Shown piece after piece: positions 32,554 to 42,245 of a stretch of 64,000 bases of DNA. Origin of the DNA: Azonexus sp. (GTDB taxonomy: Bacteria; Pseudomonadota; Gammaproteobacteria; Burkholderiales; Rhodocyclaceae); assembly GCA_031277255.1 (NCBI GenBank), contig JAITMS010000017.1:177-64176 (forward strand), written 5' to 3'. Within the stretch, counting starts at the first letter, position 1. Every line of letters begins with the position of its first letter. The notes below the pieces were generated by a model. It did not search any database, had not been told where the DNA came from, and worked only from the letters and a program-made list of their open reading frames with translations. A program made the position numbers and the translations under genes.

Positions 32554-33582
32554 ATGTCCTGGATGAACACGATGCAGCAAAACGGCGTTGCCCGTAGCGC
32601 CCCGCCCACCTCCCGCGAGTTCCATCAGCCCGCCGTTTGGGCCAGCCAGGTGCGTCAGCGTTTCTTTCCGCTCGATCTGACGGTTGCCCGTGACGACCGC
32701 TTCAACGCCAAGGCGCGGCTGGCCGAGTACCCACAGTGCCGCATGGCGCAGATTTCTGCCAGTGCGCACGTTGCTTCGATGAGTCGGCTGAGTTGCAGCG
32801 AGTTGCGCCAGCGTTATGTCAAAGTTCTCTGGGAACTGGATGGCATGGGATGGCTCGACCAGTCCGGCCATGAAATCTGCTTGCCGCCAGCGCATTTCAC
32901 CATTTACGAAGCGAGTCGGCCTTATTCGATCCGTATGGAAAGCCAGTCGGCCTTCGTGGTTTTGCTGTGCGAAGTGGCGCCCAATGATCTCCTCGCGTCT
33001 CTGGCGCAGCGCGTGGCCGGTCGCTCGCTGCCGACGACGGGCGGGGCCGCGGTGGCGCTGGCTGCCGTACAGGAAATGGTCGCTCAAGGCGAGACTATCA
33101 GCCACGGCAGCCGCTTTACCGTCCTTGAATTCGTCTCATCGCTCTTGGCGCAACAGATCAACGCGTTGGAAGGGGCCAGCGGAACCAAGCGCAAACGTTC
33201 TCAGGATGAATTGCTGCGCGAGGCCGTCCAGTACATTCGTTGCCATATGAGCGATGGCGACCTGTCGCCCGACCGCATCGCCAGCGCCCTGAATATTTGC
33301 CGCCGGACGCTGTACCACGCTTTTTCGCTGATCGGCGAAACACCACAGGCAACCGTTCAGCGCCTGCGGCTGGAGCGCTGCCGGAACATCCTCACACAGC
33401 ATGGCGCCGAAAAGGCGAATATCACCGATCTCGCCTTGCAATACGGTTTCTCAGACCCGGCTTATTTCGCACGGTTGTTCCGCCGGATGTTCGGCGTCAC
33501 GCCATCGCAATGCCGCGACGATGGCGGCGCCGCGCCGGAAATCTCCGCGCTCATGCCCATGCCGGGCAGCCGCCCGCAATGA
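32554..33582 (+). CDS. AraC family transcriptional regulator
   Basis: 342 aa. C-terminal double HTH (ITDLALQYGFSDPAYFARLFRRMFGVTPSQ). Confidence 0.85.
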   Translation: MSWMNTMQQNGVARSAPPTSREFHQPAVWASQVRQRFFPLDLTVARDDRFNAKARLAEYPQCRMAQISASAHVASMSRLSCSELRQRYVKVLWELDGMGWLDQSGHEICLPPAHFTIYEASRPYSIRMESQSAFVVLLCEVAPNDLLASLAQRVAGRSLPTTGGAAVALAAVQEMVAQGETISHGSRFTVLEFVSSLLAQQINALEGASGTKRKRSQDELLREAVQYIRCHMSDGDLSPDRIASALNICRRTLYHAFSLIGETPQATVQRLRLERCRNILTQHGAEKANITDLALQYGFSDPAYFARLFRRMFGVTPSQCRDDGGAAPEISALMPMPGSRPQ

Positions 33583-33749
33583 TCGGCCCCACGGGCGGCG
33601 CTGCGGCGCGATATGAACACTGTGGATATGCACTCATTTCGGCCAGAGGTGCATCCAAATGCAAGCACGGTGGCAGGCGAAATCCTAGAGTTGATCCGAC
33701 ATCATGGAATCGACATCGACGGATAAGCCTTGCACGAACGGAGATTTGC

Positions 33750-35204
33750 ATGTCTGCGCCACCAACCTATCAACACCTGATTGCCGGAAAGAGCCAGAAT
33801 GCTTCCGACGGTGCTGTTTTCGACAAATTCGAGCCGAGCACGGGAAAGTTGCTTGCCCAGGTCGCCGCGGGTACATCGGACGATGTTGATGACGCCGTCG
33901 CGGCGGCGAGAGCCCAGTTCGACGGCGGCGAATGGAGCCGGATGCCGGGCGCGGCGCGCGGGCGTCTGCTCAACCGGCTTGCCGATCTGCTGGAGCGAGA
34001 CGCCAACCATTTCGTCGACATCCTGGGGCGGGAGCAGGGGCGTCCGGTCATGGAAATGCGCATGCTGGATCTCCCCGTGTCGATCGACACCCTGCGTTAT
34101 TTTGCGGGCTGGGCGGATAAGCTCGAAGGCCGTCAGATTCCGACGGGCGGCTTCATGGGCAAGCCGACCCTGAACTACACGGTACGGGAGCCGGTTGGCG
34201 TTGCCGCCTTGATCGTTCCCTGGAACGCGCCGCTGATGATTGCCTGCTGGAAGCTCGCACCAGCGCTGGCGGCAGGCTGCGCGGTCATCATTAAACCTTC
34301 GGAAGAGGCGCCGCTGGCTGTTGATGCGCTGGCCCGTCTGGCCTTGGAGGCAGATTTTCCGCCGGGTGTCGTCAACCTCGTTCACGGCATCGGCCCGGTC
34401 GTCGGCGCGTCGCTGGTCAAGCATCCTGGCGTGGATAAGATCAGTTTCACCGGCAGCACACCAGTGGGACGCCTGATTGCACAGGAAGCCGCAGCGTCTT
34501 TCAAGCGGGTAACGCTGGAACTGGGCGGTAAGGCGCCGCAGATTCTGCTTGAGGACGCGCCGCTGGAAGACGCTATCGGCGGGCTGATCATGGGTCTGTT
34601 CGTCGATCAAGGCCAGACCTGCGCGGCAGGGAGCCGCATTCTTGTCCATCGGCGGCATTATGATGATGTGGTGGGTGCGCTGGCGGGCGTCGCCCGATCA
34701 TTGAGATTGGGTGATCCTTTCGACCCGGAGACGCAGATGGGCGCTTTGATCAGCGCCAAGCATGCCGAGCGTGTCAAAGCGCACATCGACTCAGCGGTAC
34801 AAGAGGGCGCTCGGATGGTTGCCGGGGCCGAGCCGTTGCCGACGCAAGGATATTTCGTGCGCCCCACCATTTTTGCCGATGTCGCGCCGACGATGCGCGT
34901 CGCGCGCGATGAGATATTCGGGCCGGTTGGCGCCGTGATTCCCTTCGATAGCGAGGAAGAGGCGGTGGCGATGGCCAACGATACCCACTATGCGTTGTCT
35001 GCCTCGTTGTGGACGAAAAATGTCAGCAAGGCGCATCAGATTGCCGCTCGCCTGCGTGTCGGCGCGGTTGCGATCAACGGCTGGAGTCCGCTCGATGCCC
35101 GCCTGCCCTGGGGAGGATTCAAGGACAGCGGTGTTGGCCGGGATCTCTCCAGCAAGGCGCTCGATGGCTATCTGGAAGATAAGGTCGTCACCGTCGTCAT
35201 GTGA
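33750..35204 (+). CDS. NAD(P)-dependent aldehyde dehydrogenase
   Basis: Start ATG 33750 (the ORF-track start at 33240 is an upstream extension). FTGSTPVG, ELGGKAP and catalytic GQTCAAGSR motifs. Confidence 0.9.
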   Translation: MSAPPTYQHLIAGKSQNASDGAVFDKFEPSTGKLLAQVAAGTSDDVDDAVAAARAQFDGGEWSRMPGAARGRLLNRLADLLERDANHFVDILGREQGRPVMEMRMLDLPVSIDTLRYFAGWADKLEGRQIPTGGFMGKPTLNYTVREPVGVAALIVPWNAPLMIACWKLAPALAAGCAVIIKPSEEAPLAVDALARLALEADFPPGVVNLVHGIGPVVGASLVKHPGVDKISFTGSTPVGRLIAQEAAASFKRVTLELGGKAPQILLEDAPLEDAIGGLIMGLFVDQGQTCAAGSRILVHRRHYDDVVGALAGVARSLRLGDPFDPETQMGALISAKHAERVKAHIDSAVQEGARMVAGAEPLPTQGYFVRPTIFADVAPTMRVARDEIFGPVGAVIPFDSEEEAVAMANDTHYALSASLWTKNVSKAHQIAARLRVGAVAINGWSPLDARLPWGGFKDSGVGRDLSSKALDGYLEDKVVTVVM

Positions 35205-35656
35205 TGGGCAAAATGACGATGATGAGTTCCTGTTCCGCACCTGACAGCCGCCCGCCGCAAAGGCGGCGGTACTGCCTCTTGGGTTTCGCGCTGGGTATCG
35301 TAGCGGTGGCTTCGGCTGCCGCTCAGGCGGCGCCGTTTGATCTCGGACGCGCGTCGTTTCGAACCAATTGCGCGCTTTGCCATACGGTGACCGAAGGCGA
35401 GCCTCACGGCGCCGGTCCTCGTCTCCACGGCGTGCTCGGGCGCGCTGTCGCCTCGCTGCCCGATTTTACGTACAGCGCCGCGCTGACCGGAATCGGCGGA
35501 CACTGGGATGTTCAGCGCCTGTTGATGTTTCTGGCGGCGCCCGCGGAACTGGCACCGGGAACGGCGATGGCTTTCGCCGGTTTGAAATCCGAACGCGAGC
35601 GCCGGGCGCTGGTTTGCTTCCTTAGCGGCGACGCCCAGGCGGAGATTTGCCGATGA
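35204..35656 (+). CDS. monohaem class I cytochrome c (c2/c550-like)
   Basis: Signal peptide ...AVASAAAQA. One CALCH haem site and GPRLHGVLGR. The ATG overlaps the ALDH stop (GTGATG). Confidence 0.7.
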   Translation: MGKMTMMSSCSAPDSRPPQRRRYCLLGFALGIVAVASAAAQAAPFDLGRASFRTNCALCHTVTEGEPHGAGPRLHGVLGRAVASLPDFTYSAALTGIGGHWDVQRLLMFLAAPAELAPGTAMAFAGLKSERERRALVCFLSGDAQAEICR

Positions 35657-36813
35657 ACAGACTTTTATTCAGCCCATATCTTTTGGGCGTGGCTGGCGTG
35701 CTTCTGACGCTCGCCGTCCATGCCGCACTACCGGAAGAAAATATCAGCATCGAGCCGCTCGCTGCGCCAAATCCGCAGCGTCTGTATCTCAACGATCCGG
35801 CCATGGGCCACATCGTCGACGGGCGGATTCATGTCATCGACACGGGCCGGATGCGTTATCTCGGCCTGATCGGCGCCGGTTATGCTGCTTCGACGACCTT
35901 GTCGCGGGATGGCAAGCTTTTTTTCGTCGCCACCACCTACAACAGCCGTTTGCAGCGCGGGGAACGCACGGATGTCATCGAAGCCTGGCGGACATCGGAT
36001 CTGAAACTCGATTATGAAATCGTGATTCCACCCAAACGGGCGCAGGCGCTACACATCAAGGCGCTGGTGCGAACCACGGCAGATGATCGCTTTCTTCTGG
36101 TGCAGAACGCCACACCGGCAACTTCGGTGACTGTGGTTGATCTTCAGGCGCGTAAAGCCGTCAGTGAAATCGCGCTGCCCGGATGCTGGGGCGTCATTCC
36201 CTGGCCGCAATCACCTCGCCGCTTTTCCACGGTATGCGGCGATGGTTCGCTGACCACGATTGAACTCGATGCCGATGGCAAGGAAACCCGGCGCAGTGCC
36301 GGGCTGCGCTTCTTCGACCCGGATAGCGACCCGGTTTTCATGCACTACGAACTGTCGGGCAATCGCCTCCTGTTCGTTTCTTTTTATGGCAACGTGTATT
36401 CGCTCAAACTCGAAAGTAACCAGCCGCAGGCTGAAGCACCCTGGTCTTTCGTCGATGAAAAGGCGAAAAAACAAGGCTGGCGACCGGGCGGATTCGCGCT
36501 GTTCGCGCTGGAACCGAAGCGCAACCGGCTCATCATCGGTATGCACCCGAAAGGCAGCGAAGGCAGCCACAAGAACCCGGCCAGCGAACTCTGGGTGATT
36601 GATCTAGCACAGCGGCGTGTCGTCACTCGCGTCCCCGGCCACATGGCGTTGTCGATCACGGTGATCCGCGATGAGCGGCCCGAACTGATTGTTCTCAACG
36701 CCGTCGACAACACGTTGTTGGCCTTTGATCTGAACACCCCGCGCGGCTTGTCGAAACCGGCGCGGCGTTCGGGGCCTATCGGTGAAACGCCGGTTTTCAT
36801 GGAGACGCACTGA
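35653..36813 (+). CDS. mauB: TTQ-dependent amine dehydrogenase heavy (large) subunit, MauB/AauB family
   Basis: Seven-bladed propeller type sequence (RLYLNDPAMGHIVDGRIHVID...FFVATTYNSRLQRGERTDVIE). GGAG RBS. ATGA overlap with the cytochrome stop. Confidence 0.85.
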   Translation: MNRLLFSPYLLGVAGVLLTLAVHAALPEENISIEPLAAPNPQRLYLNDPAMGHIVDGRIHVIDTGRMRYLGLIGAGYAASTTLSRDGKLFFVATTYNSRLQRGERTDVIEAWRTSDLKLDYEIVIPPKRAQALHIKALVRTTADDRFLLVQNATPATSVTVVDLQARKAVSEIALPGCWGVIPWPQSPRRFSTVCGDGSLTTIELDADGKETRRSAGLRFFDPDSDPVFMHYELSGNRLLFVSFYGNVYSLKLESNQPQAEAPWSFVDEKAKKQGWRPGGFALFALEPKRNRLIIGMHPKGSEGSHKNPASELWVIDLAQRRVVTRVPGHMALSITVIRDERPELIVLNAVDNTLLAFDLNTPRGLSKPARRSGPIGETPVFMETH

Positions 36814-36814
36814 G

Positions 36815-37363
36815 GTGTTGGCGGGGCTGACGCTCGACCCGGTGTTCGCTTACGCCGCGGCGACGGCGATGGGCTGCATTTTCCTGTCTGGGGCCTGTGC
36901 CAAGCTGATGGACGTAAAACGCTTTGCCGCCGTACTCGACAACTACGCGCTGTTGCCCGACACCTGGATTGATCCGGTCGCCTGGTTGTTGCCGCTGTTT
37001 GAAATAGCGGCTGGCGCCATGCTGCTTTGGCCTGCGACCCGTGAGTTGGGGAGTGTGCTGGCGCTGGCGCTACTGGCTGTCGTCAGTGCCGCAGCGGCAG
37101 TGAATGTGGCGCGTGGCCGGACAGGGTTTGAATGCGGCTGCGGCGGCGATGAATTGCCGCTGGCGAGCGGCTTGTTGCTGCGCAATGCGGCACTGGCCAT
37201 ACTGCTGCTAGCGGCGGCCCAGCGTACCGCGGCAAGACCCGTGGTCTGGGTCGATATCGTGACGACTGTGATGGCTGCCTTATTTTTACTCGGACTCTTC
37301 AAGGTCGCCAACTTGTTGATCGGACAGACAGAAAAACTCGAACGATTGGGTAAAACGCCATGA
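36815..37363 (+). CDS. mauE: MauE/AauE membrane protein (small-subunit export/maturation)
   Basis: GTG 36815, one nt after the mauB stop. 4-5 TM, MauE-like AGLTLDPVFAYAAA..FLSGACAKL. Confidence 0.7.
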   Translation: MLAGLTLDPVFAYAAATAMGCIFLSGACAKLMDVKRFAAVLDNYALLPDTWIDPVAWLLPLFEIAAGAMLLWPATRELGSVLALALLAVVSAAAAVNVARGRTGFECGCGGDELPLASGLLLRNAALAILLLAAAQRTAARPVVWVDIVTTVMAALFLLGLFKVANLLIGQTEKLERLGKTP

Positions 37364-37983
37364 ACGAAGCATTGATGATTTCAAACATCCTGTTGTGGTG
37401 CGCCGTTGTCACGCTGATTGTGGTCGTGATCGCGCTGTCGCGCCAGATCGGTATTCTTTATGAGCGCATTGCGCCGATGGGCGCCTTGATGATGGATTCC
37501 GGCCCCAAGGTGGGTGAAGCCGCCCCCGTACTCGAACTCCCCTCGCTGCAGGGCGGTCGCATCGCCGTTGGCGCGCCCGGCGGGCGGATGACACTGCTGT
37601 TCTTCCTGTCGCCGACTTGCCCAGTGTGCAAAAAACTGCTTCCCATCATCTTGTCGTTGCACGCGGCTGAAAAATCCTTCGATCTGGTCTTTGCTTCCGA
37701 TGGCGAATATCCGGCGCATGAAAGTTTTCGCAGAAAAGCGGGGCTGGCGGCGTTTCCCTATGTTCTTTCGCCCGAACTGGGGATGCGCTGGCGCATCAGC
37801 AAGCTGCCTTATGCCGTGCTCATTGACCGTGGCGGCATCATCCGCGCCAAAGGGCTGGTCAATTCACGGGAGCAACTGGAAAGCCTCTTCACCGCCCAGG
37901 AACTCGGCCTCGCTTCGGTGCAGGATTTGATGGATAAACGGATTGCCGCAGGCACCCTCGAACTCGTCAAGGAGCGGACATGA
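37360..37983 (+). CDS. mauD: MauD/AauD thioredoxin-like accessory protein
   Basis: N-terminal TM anchor and SPTCPVCKKL (CxxC). ATGA overlap with mauE. Confidence 0.8.
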   Translation: MNEALMISNILLWCAVVTLIVVVIALSRQIGILYERIAPMGALMMDSGPKVGEAAPVLELPSLQGGRIAVGAPGGRMTLLFFLSPTCPVCKKLLPIILSLHAAEKSFDLVFASDGEYPAHESFRRKAGLAAFPYVLSPELGMRWRISKLPYAVLIDRGGIIRAKGLVNSREQLESLFTAQELGLASVQDLMDKRIAAGTLELVKERT

Positions 37984-38510
37984 ACTGGCTCTGGAACCTG
38001 CTCGATCAAACCGTCGAGCAACATAGCCGACAGTTGGCCCAGCGCATCTCCCGGCGCAGCATGATGGCCAAGGTCGGGCGCGCCCTCGTCGCCACCGCCT
38101 TCACGCTGCCCGTGCTGCCTTTTGACCGGACGGCGCAGGCCCTGGCGCAAGGCAGCAAAGCGCCGCCGACTGATACTGATTGCGATTACTGGCGCTATTG
38201 CTCAGTCGATGGCTTTCTCTGCTCATGCTGTGGCGGCAGCATGACGACCTGCCCGCCGGGCACGACGCCATCCAAAATTTCATGGATCGGCACCTGCCAC
38301 AATCCAGCGGATGGTCTGGATTACATCGTCAGCTACAACGATTGCTGCGGCGTGACGCCGTGCGGTAGGTGTTTTTGCAACACCAACCACGGCGACCGCC
38401 CCGGCTACCGGCTCGGCGTGCACAACGACATCAACTGGTGCATGGCCAATCACGAATCGGTCTATCACTGTACTGTCTCGATCATCGTCGGCGTCGCCGA
38501 AAGAGAATGA
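37980..38510 (+). CDS. mauA: TTQ-dependent amine dehydrogenase light (small) subunit precursor, MauA/AauA family
   Basis: Long Tat-type leader (SRRSMMAKVG). Cys-rich core CDYWRYCSVDGFLCSCCGG. Both TTQ tryptophans are in conserved context (KISWIGTCHNP and DINWCMA). Confidence 0.9.
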   Translation: MNWLWNLLDQTVEQHSRQLAQRISRRSMMAKVGRALVATAFTLPVLPFDRTAQALAQGSKAPPTDTDCDYWRYCSVDGFLCSCCGGSMTTCPPGTTPSKISWIGTCHNPADGLDYIVSYNDCCGVTPCGRCFCNTNHGDRPGYRLGVHNDINWCMANHESVYHCTVSIIVGVAERE

Positions 38511-38941
38511 GCATGAACCGCGCCAAACCGGCTGGAATGGCGCTGGCCGCGGCGATGGTTCTGGCGGTTTCCGCCGCCAGCGCCGAACCCGGCGATGCAC
38601 GTGCGCGCCGCAACTACACGCTGCACTGCGCCGGTTGCCATCTGCCTGACGGGAGTGGCGCGCCGGAGCAGGGCGTTCCAGCGATGCGCGGTGTGTTGAT
38701 CGCTTTTCAGAAAGTACCGGGCGGTCGTGACTATCTGGCCCAGGTTCCCGGCGTCATGAACTCCGGTTTGTCGGATTATGAGATCGCCGAATTGATGAAC
38801 TGGCTGATTCCGCAAATGGCAGGCCAGCCGCCTGCTTATAGCGCCGCCGAAATTGCCCGCCTGCGTGCTTCCCGGCCCGTGGATATTGTGGCTGCCCGTA
38901 TGCAACTGATCGAAAAAATGCCGACGGATCGTCGGCCCTGA
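38507..38941 (+). CDS. monohaem cytochrome c
   Basis: Signal peptide ...AVSAASA, single CAGCH, distal Met candidate in PGVMNS. ATGA overlap with the mauA stop. Confidence 0.75.
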   Translation: MSMNRAKPAGMALAAAMVLAVSAASAEPGDARARRNYTLHCAGCHLPDGSGAPEQGVPAMRGVLIAFQKVPGGRDYLAQVPGVMNSGLSDYEIAELMNWLIPQMAGQPPAYSAAEIARLRASRPVDIVAARMQLIEKMPTDRRP

Positions 38942-39119
38942 AAAATCGGCTGCGCTGAGAGGCCGCCGCCGCCGCTTGAATAGAAAAACCATGCACGGCA
39001 TTGCGCTTCCTCGTGCACGGCAATGCAAGCAAGTAGCGGAGGCAAGGGATAATATTCTGTCATCGTGTTGCATGGTGTTCATGCATTGCACGAATCACAA
39101 CGAAAGAGTGAGGAGAGAC

Positions 39120-40502
39120 ATGTCCCGTTTACCAAACCTGACGACCGCGGCGGCGGTTGCTTTCGTATTGCAGACAGTGTCTGTCGCGGCCTTGGCTGAT
39201 TCGTCCCGGCTTGGCGCCGAATTGACAGGCGCTGGCGCTGATTCGAGCGCCAGCAAGGATGGCGTCATTCCGGCCTGGAAAACGCCCGATGCCAATTTGC
39301 CGGGATGGTCTGCCGGCAAGAAACGCAAGGATTTTTTCAAATTCAAGGACGACAAACCGCTTTTCTCCATCGACGTGACAAATGTCGATAAGTACGTCGA
39401 TAAGCTCTCCCCCGGTCAGGTCGCGCTCATCAAGCAGACCAAAGGCTACCGCATGGATGTCTATCCGACGCGGCGGACTTGCGGCAATCCCGATTTTGTC
39501 CTCGAAAACACCAAAAAGAATGCCGACGGCGCGGCAAAGCTGGGCGATGACGGTTGGAGCCTGAAAGATGCCGCCGTGCCCGGCATTCCTTTTGCCATCC
39601 CGGCCAATGGCGCGCAAGCCATGTGGAACGCCAAATTCAAGTACGCCGGTGTCGGCATCGACATGGTCAAAGTTTTTGTCGCGCTGTCTCCCCGCAAGGG
39701 ATCGAGTGAGTGGGTGCGTATCACGTCGACGCAAACCTACTACTACCCGTGGGGTAAAAAAGGTTCGGCGATGCTGTCGCAAATCCCGCCGGTCGAGTAT
39801 GAGACGTACTTCGCCTATGAAGCGCCGACGGCGCTGGCCGGGCAGGCTCTGGTTTATACCTCCTACACGGATAAAGCGAGCGAAACCTTTTATTACTTTC
39901 CGGGACAGCGGCGTGTGAGAAGGATGCCGACCTATTCCTACGATGCGCCCCAGGTCGGTTTCGAGAACCAGTATACGGTCGATGAACCCCGCGTCTTCAA
40001 CGGCACCATGGATCGTTTCGACTGGAAGCTGGTCGGCAAGAAGGAAATGTACATTGGCTACAACGCCTTCGGCATGTATGACCCGAGCGTCGGTTTCGAT
40101 ACCGTGGCCGGCAGCGAATTCATTGATCCCGTCCAGCGCCGTTACGAACTGCACCGAGTTTGGGTGGTTGAAGCGACGGTCAGACAGGGGGTCCGCCATG
40201 TCGCGCCGAAGCGGACTTTCTACATCGATGAGGATAGCTGGTCCTTGGTTGCGGCCGATGATTATGACGCCCAGGGAAAGCTGTGGAAATTGCGCGAATC
40301 CTTCGTCATTCCCATTCAGGAAACCGGCAGTTGCGACAACCCGGCATTTGTCCAGTACAACCTGCTCGAAGGGCGTTATCTGTTCGATCAGGGGCCGCTG
40401 GCGGCGGGCCAGGACATGCATTGGGTCGTCGAGGCGAAGGATCCGAGATTCCGCGATGCTTTTTATACGGCGGACAACCTTCGCGCCATCAGCGAGCGCT
40501 GA
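39120..40502 (+). CDS. DUF1329 (LolA-like) periplasmic protein
   Basis: Signal peptide, then the PGIPFAIPANGAQAMWNAKFKYAGVG signature that I associate with DUF1329. RBS GAGGAG. Confidence 0.7.
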   Translation: MSRLPNLTTAAAVAFVLQTVSVAALADSSRLGAELTGAGADSSASKDGVIPAWKTPDANLPGWSAGKKRKDFFKFKDDKPLFSIDVTNVDKYVDKLSPGQVALIKQTKGYRMDVYPTRRTCGNPDFVLENTKKNADGAAKLGDDGWSLKDAAVPGIPFAIPANGAQAMWNAKFKYAGVGIDMVKVFVALSPRKGSSEWVRITSTQTYYYPWGKKGSAMLSQIPPVEYETYFAYEAPTALAGQALVYTSYTDKASETFYYFPGQRRVRRMPTYSYDAPQVGFENQYTVDEPRVFNGTMDRFDWKLVGKKEMYIGYNAFGMYDPSVGFDTVAGSEFIDPVQRRYELHRVWVVEATVRQGVRHVAPKRTFYIDEDSWSLVAADDYDAQGKLWKLRESFVIPIQETGSCDNPAFVQYNLLEGRYLFDQGPLAAGQDMHWVVEAKDPRFRDAFYTADNLRAISER

Positions 40503-40574
40503 TGACAACGGGCGGATGTCGGCCGCCGCAGCAACCGGAATTGCGGTTGAATGAGACCAGGAGACAGATTGACC

Positions 40575-42245
40575 ATGAAAAAACAGTCAGGCAAGTCGAT
40601 CATGCGCACAGCGCTGGTCGCATTGGGTGTGATGTCGTTGCAGACGGCGGGTGCTTTCACTTTTGAAACGGAAAGCCTGCGCGGCAGTTTCGATTCCTCA
40701 ATTGGCGTCGGTCTTGGCATCCGTGCGCGGACGACTTCCTGTAGCCTCGTGACGCAGGGGGCCAGCGGCCACGGAGCACCGGATGGCTGTCTGGCGCCGG
40801 CGTCGATGCTGGGCGATCAGGGCGATCTCAACTATAAGCGGGGCGATGCTTTTGCCGCCCAATTAAAAGGCAACCATGAGTTGCTGCTCAAGGCGCCCGC
40901 CATTGATCTCACCTTTATGGCGCGTGTCAACTGGGTCCGGGATTTTGCCGCGACCGATACCTCCGACATCACCAGCGCGACGACACCGCCCGATATCAAC
41001 GACGGCTTGAGTTCGAGCGCGCGCAAAGACCTGCGCTTCAAAGCCCGTCTGCTCGATCTGTGGGTTAGCAAATCCTTTGCCATCGGCGAGCAATCCCTGC
41101 GCGTGCGCGTCGGCAACCAGGTCATCAGTTGGGGTGAAAGCCTGTTCCTGCCCGGCGGTATCAACAGCACCAATGCGATGGACATCATGCGTCTGTCGCA
41201 GCCGGGTACCCAGCTCAAGGAAGTGTTCCTGCCGGCGCCGATGGTCAGTGTGGCGGCAGGTATTGGTAGCCAGGTGAATATCGAAGCCTATGTCCAGACC
41301 AACTGGAACAAGAGCTATTTTCCGCCGACCGGCAGCTACTGGTCGGTTGTCAATGGCCTCGGTAAAGGTTCCGGTGCTTACGGACTGCGCGATCTCGATG
41401 CGAAAAACAGCGGACAGTGGGGGTTGGCGCTCAGGTATCAGCCGGAAGGAACCCAGATCAATCTGGGCCTCTATGCGATGAACTACCACGACAAGACGCC
41501 CCAGTTCACGATCAATGCGAAGAATGCGGGAATAGGGGCCATCGTCGGCTGGGTTTATCCGGAAGACCGCAAACTCTACGGTATCAGCGCCAATTTCCCG
41601 CTCGGCGACTGGGCTATCGGCACCGAACTCTCTTACCGGCCCAAGGATGCCGTGTCGCTCAATTCAAACAGCGGTTGCATGTCGCAAAATGGCGATTGCT
41701 GGGTCGACGAGAAACGCTGGCAGTGGCACCTCACCGGCCTCCTGAGCCTGACGCCGGGCGGCACCGGTAGCGGCCTGCTCGATGTCGTCGGCGCCAGCAC
41801 CGGAACGCTGCTGGCCGAAGGGGTAATCCTCTATTACCCGGAGATGAAACGCTACTATGATGGTGATCCCGTTTCCGCCGGCGGCTGGGGCTGGGGGCAG
41901 GAATATGACTTTACTTTCACGGGCATGCCGAAAGCGGTTGGCAGCAAAATGTCGTCCGGCATCAATTTCGATTTCAGCCTGACTTACGACGGTACGCTCA
42001 TTCCCGGTTGGCAGGTCATTCCAGGCGTCTACTACTTCCAGGCGCTGTCGGGACGCACGCCCAACCCGTCCGGTTTGTTCATGAAAGGCGCCAAATCCAT
42101 GAATTTCTATGTGAATTTCGTGCGGAACCCGGCGACTTGGCAGTTTGGTGTGAACTATGCCGCCTTCCGGGGAGGCTCGTCGCCTTTCGATCAACCTTAT
42201 CGTGACCGGGATTATTTCGGCGCCTATGCAACCTACAACTTCTGA
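40575..42245 (+). CDS. DUF1302 outer-membrane beta-barrel-like protein
   Basis: Signal peptide MKKQSGKS...TAGA, alternating beta-strand pattern, terminal aromatic (TYNF). Confidence 0.7.
   Translation: MKKQSGKSIMRTALVALGVMSLQTAGAFTFETESLRGSFDSSIGVGLGIRARTTSCSLVTQGASGHGAPDGCLAPASMLGDQGDLNYKRGDAFAAQLKGNHELLLKAPAIDLTFMARVNWVRDFAATDTSDITSATTPPDINDGLSSSARKDLRFKARLLDLWVSKSFAIGEQSLRVRVGNQVISWGESLFLPGGINSTNAMDIMRLSQPGTQLKEVFLPAPMVSVAAGIGSQVNIEAYVQTNWNKSYFPPTGSYWSVVNGLGKGSGAYGLRDLDAKNSGQWGLALRYQPEGTQINLGLYAMNYHDKTPQFTINAKNAGIGAIVGWVYPEDRKLYGISANFPLGDWAIGTELSYRPKDAVSLNSNSGCMSQNGDCWVDEKRWQWHLTGLLSLTPGGTGSGLLDVVGASTGTLLAEGVILYYPEMKRYYDGDPVSAGGWGWGQEYDFTFTGMPKAVGSKMSSGINFDFSLTYDGTLIPGWQVIPGVYYFQALSGRTPNPSGLFMKGAKSMNFYVNFVRNPATWQFGVNYAAFRGGSSPFDQPYRDRDYFGAYATYNF

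Noticed and set aside
33240-33749. Upstream extensions of the ALDH ORF (from 33240), the AMP-ligase ORF (from 30329), the large-subunit ORF (from 28096) and the small-subunit ORF (from 27438).
   Set aside because: The extensions overlap the preceding genes or intergenic DNA in a different frame and are Arg/Pro-rich. Internal ATGs with RBS-like sequences give canonical N-termini.
33583-33749. Sigma-54 (-24/-12) promoter upstream of the ALDH gene (GG...TTGCA near 33725-33740).
   Set aside because: The GG to GC spacing is off by one and the TGGCAC element is not matched. No enhancer-binding protein gene is nearby, as the local regulator is AraC-type.
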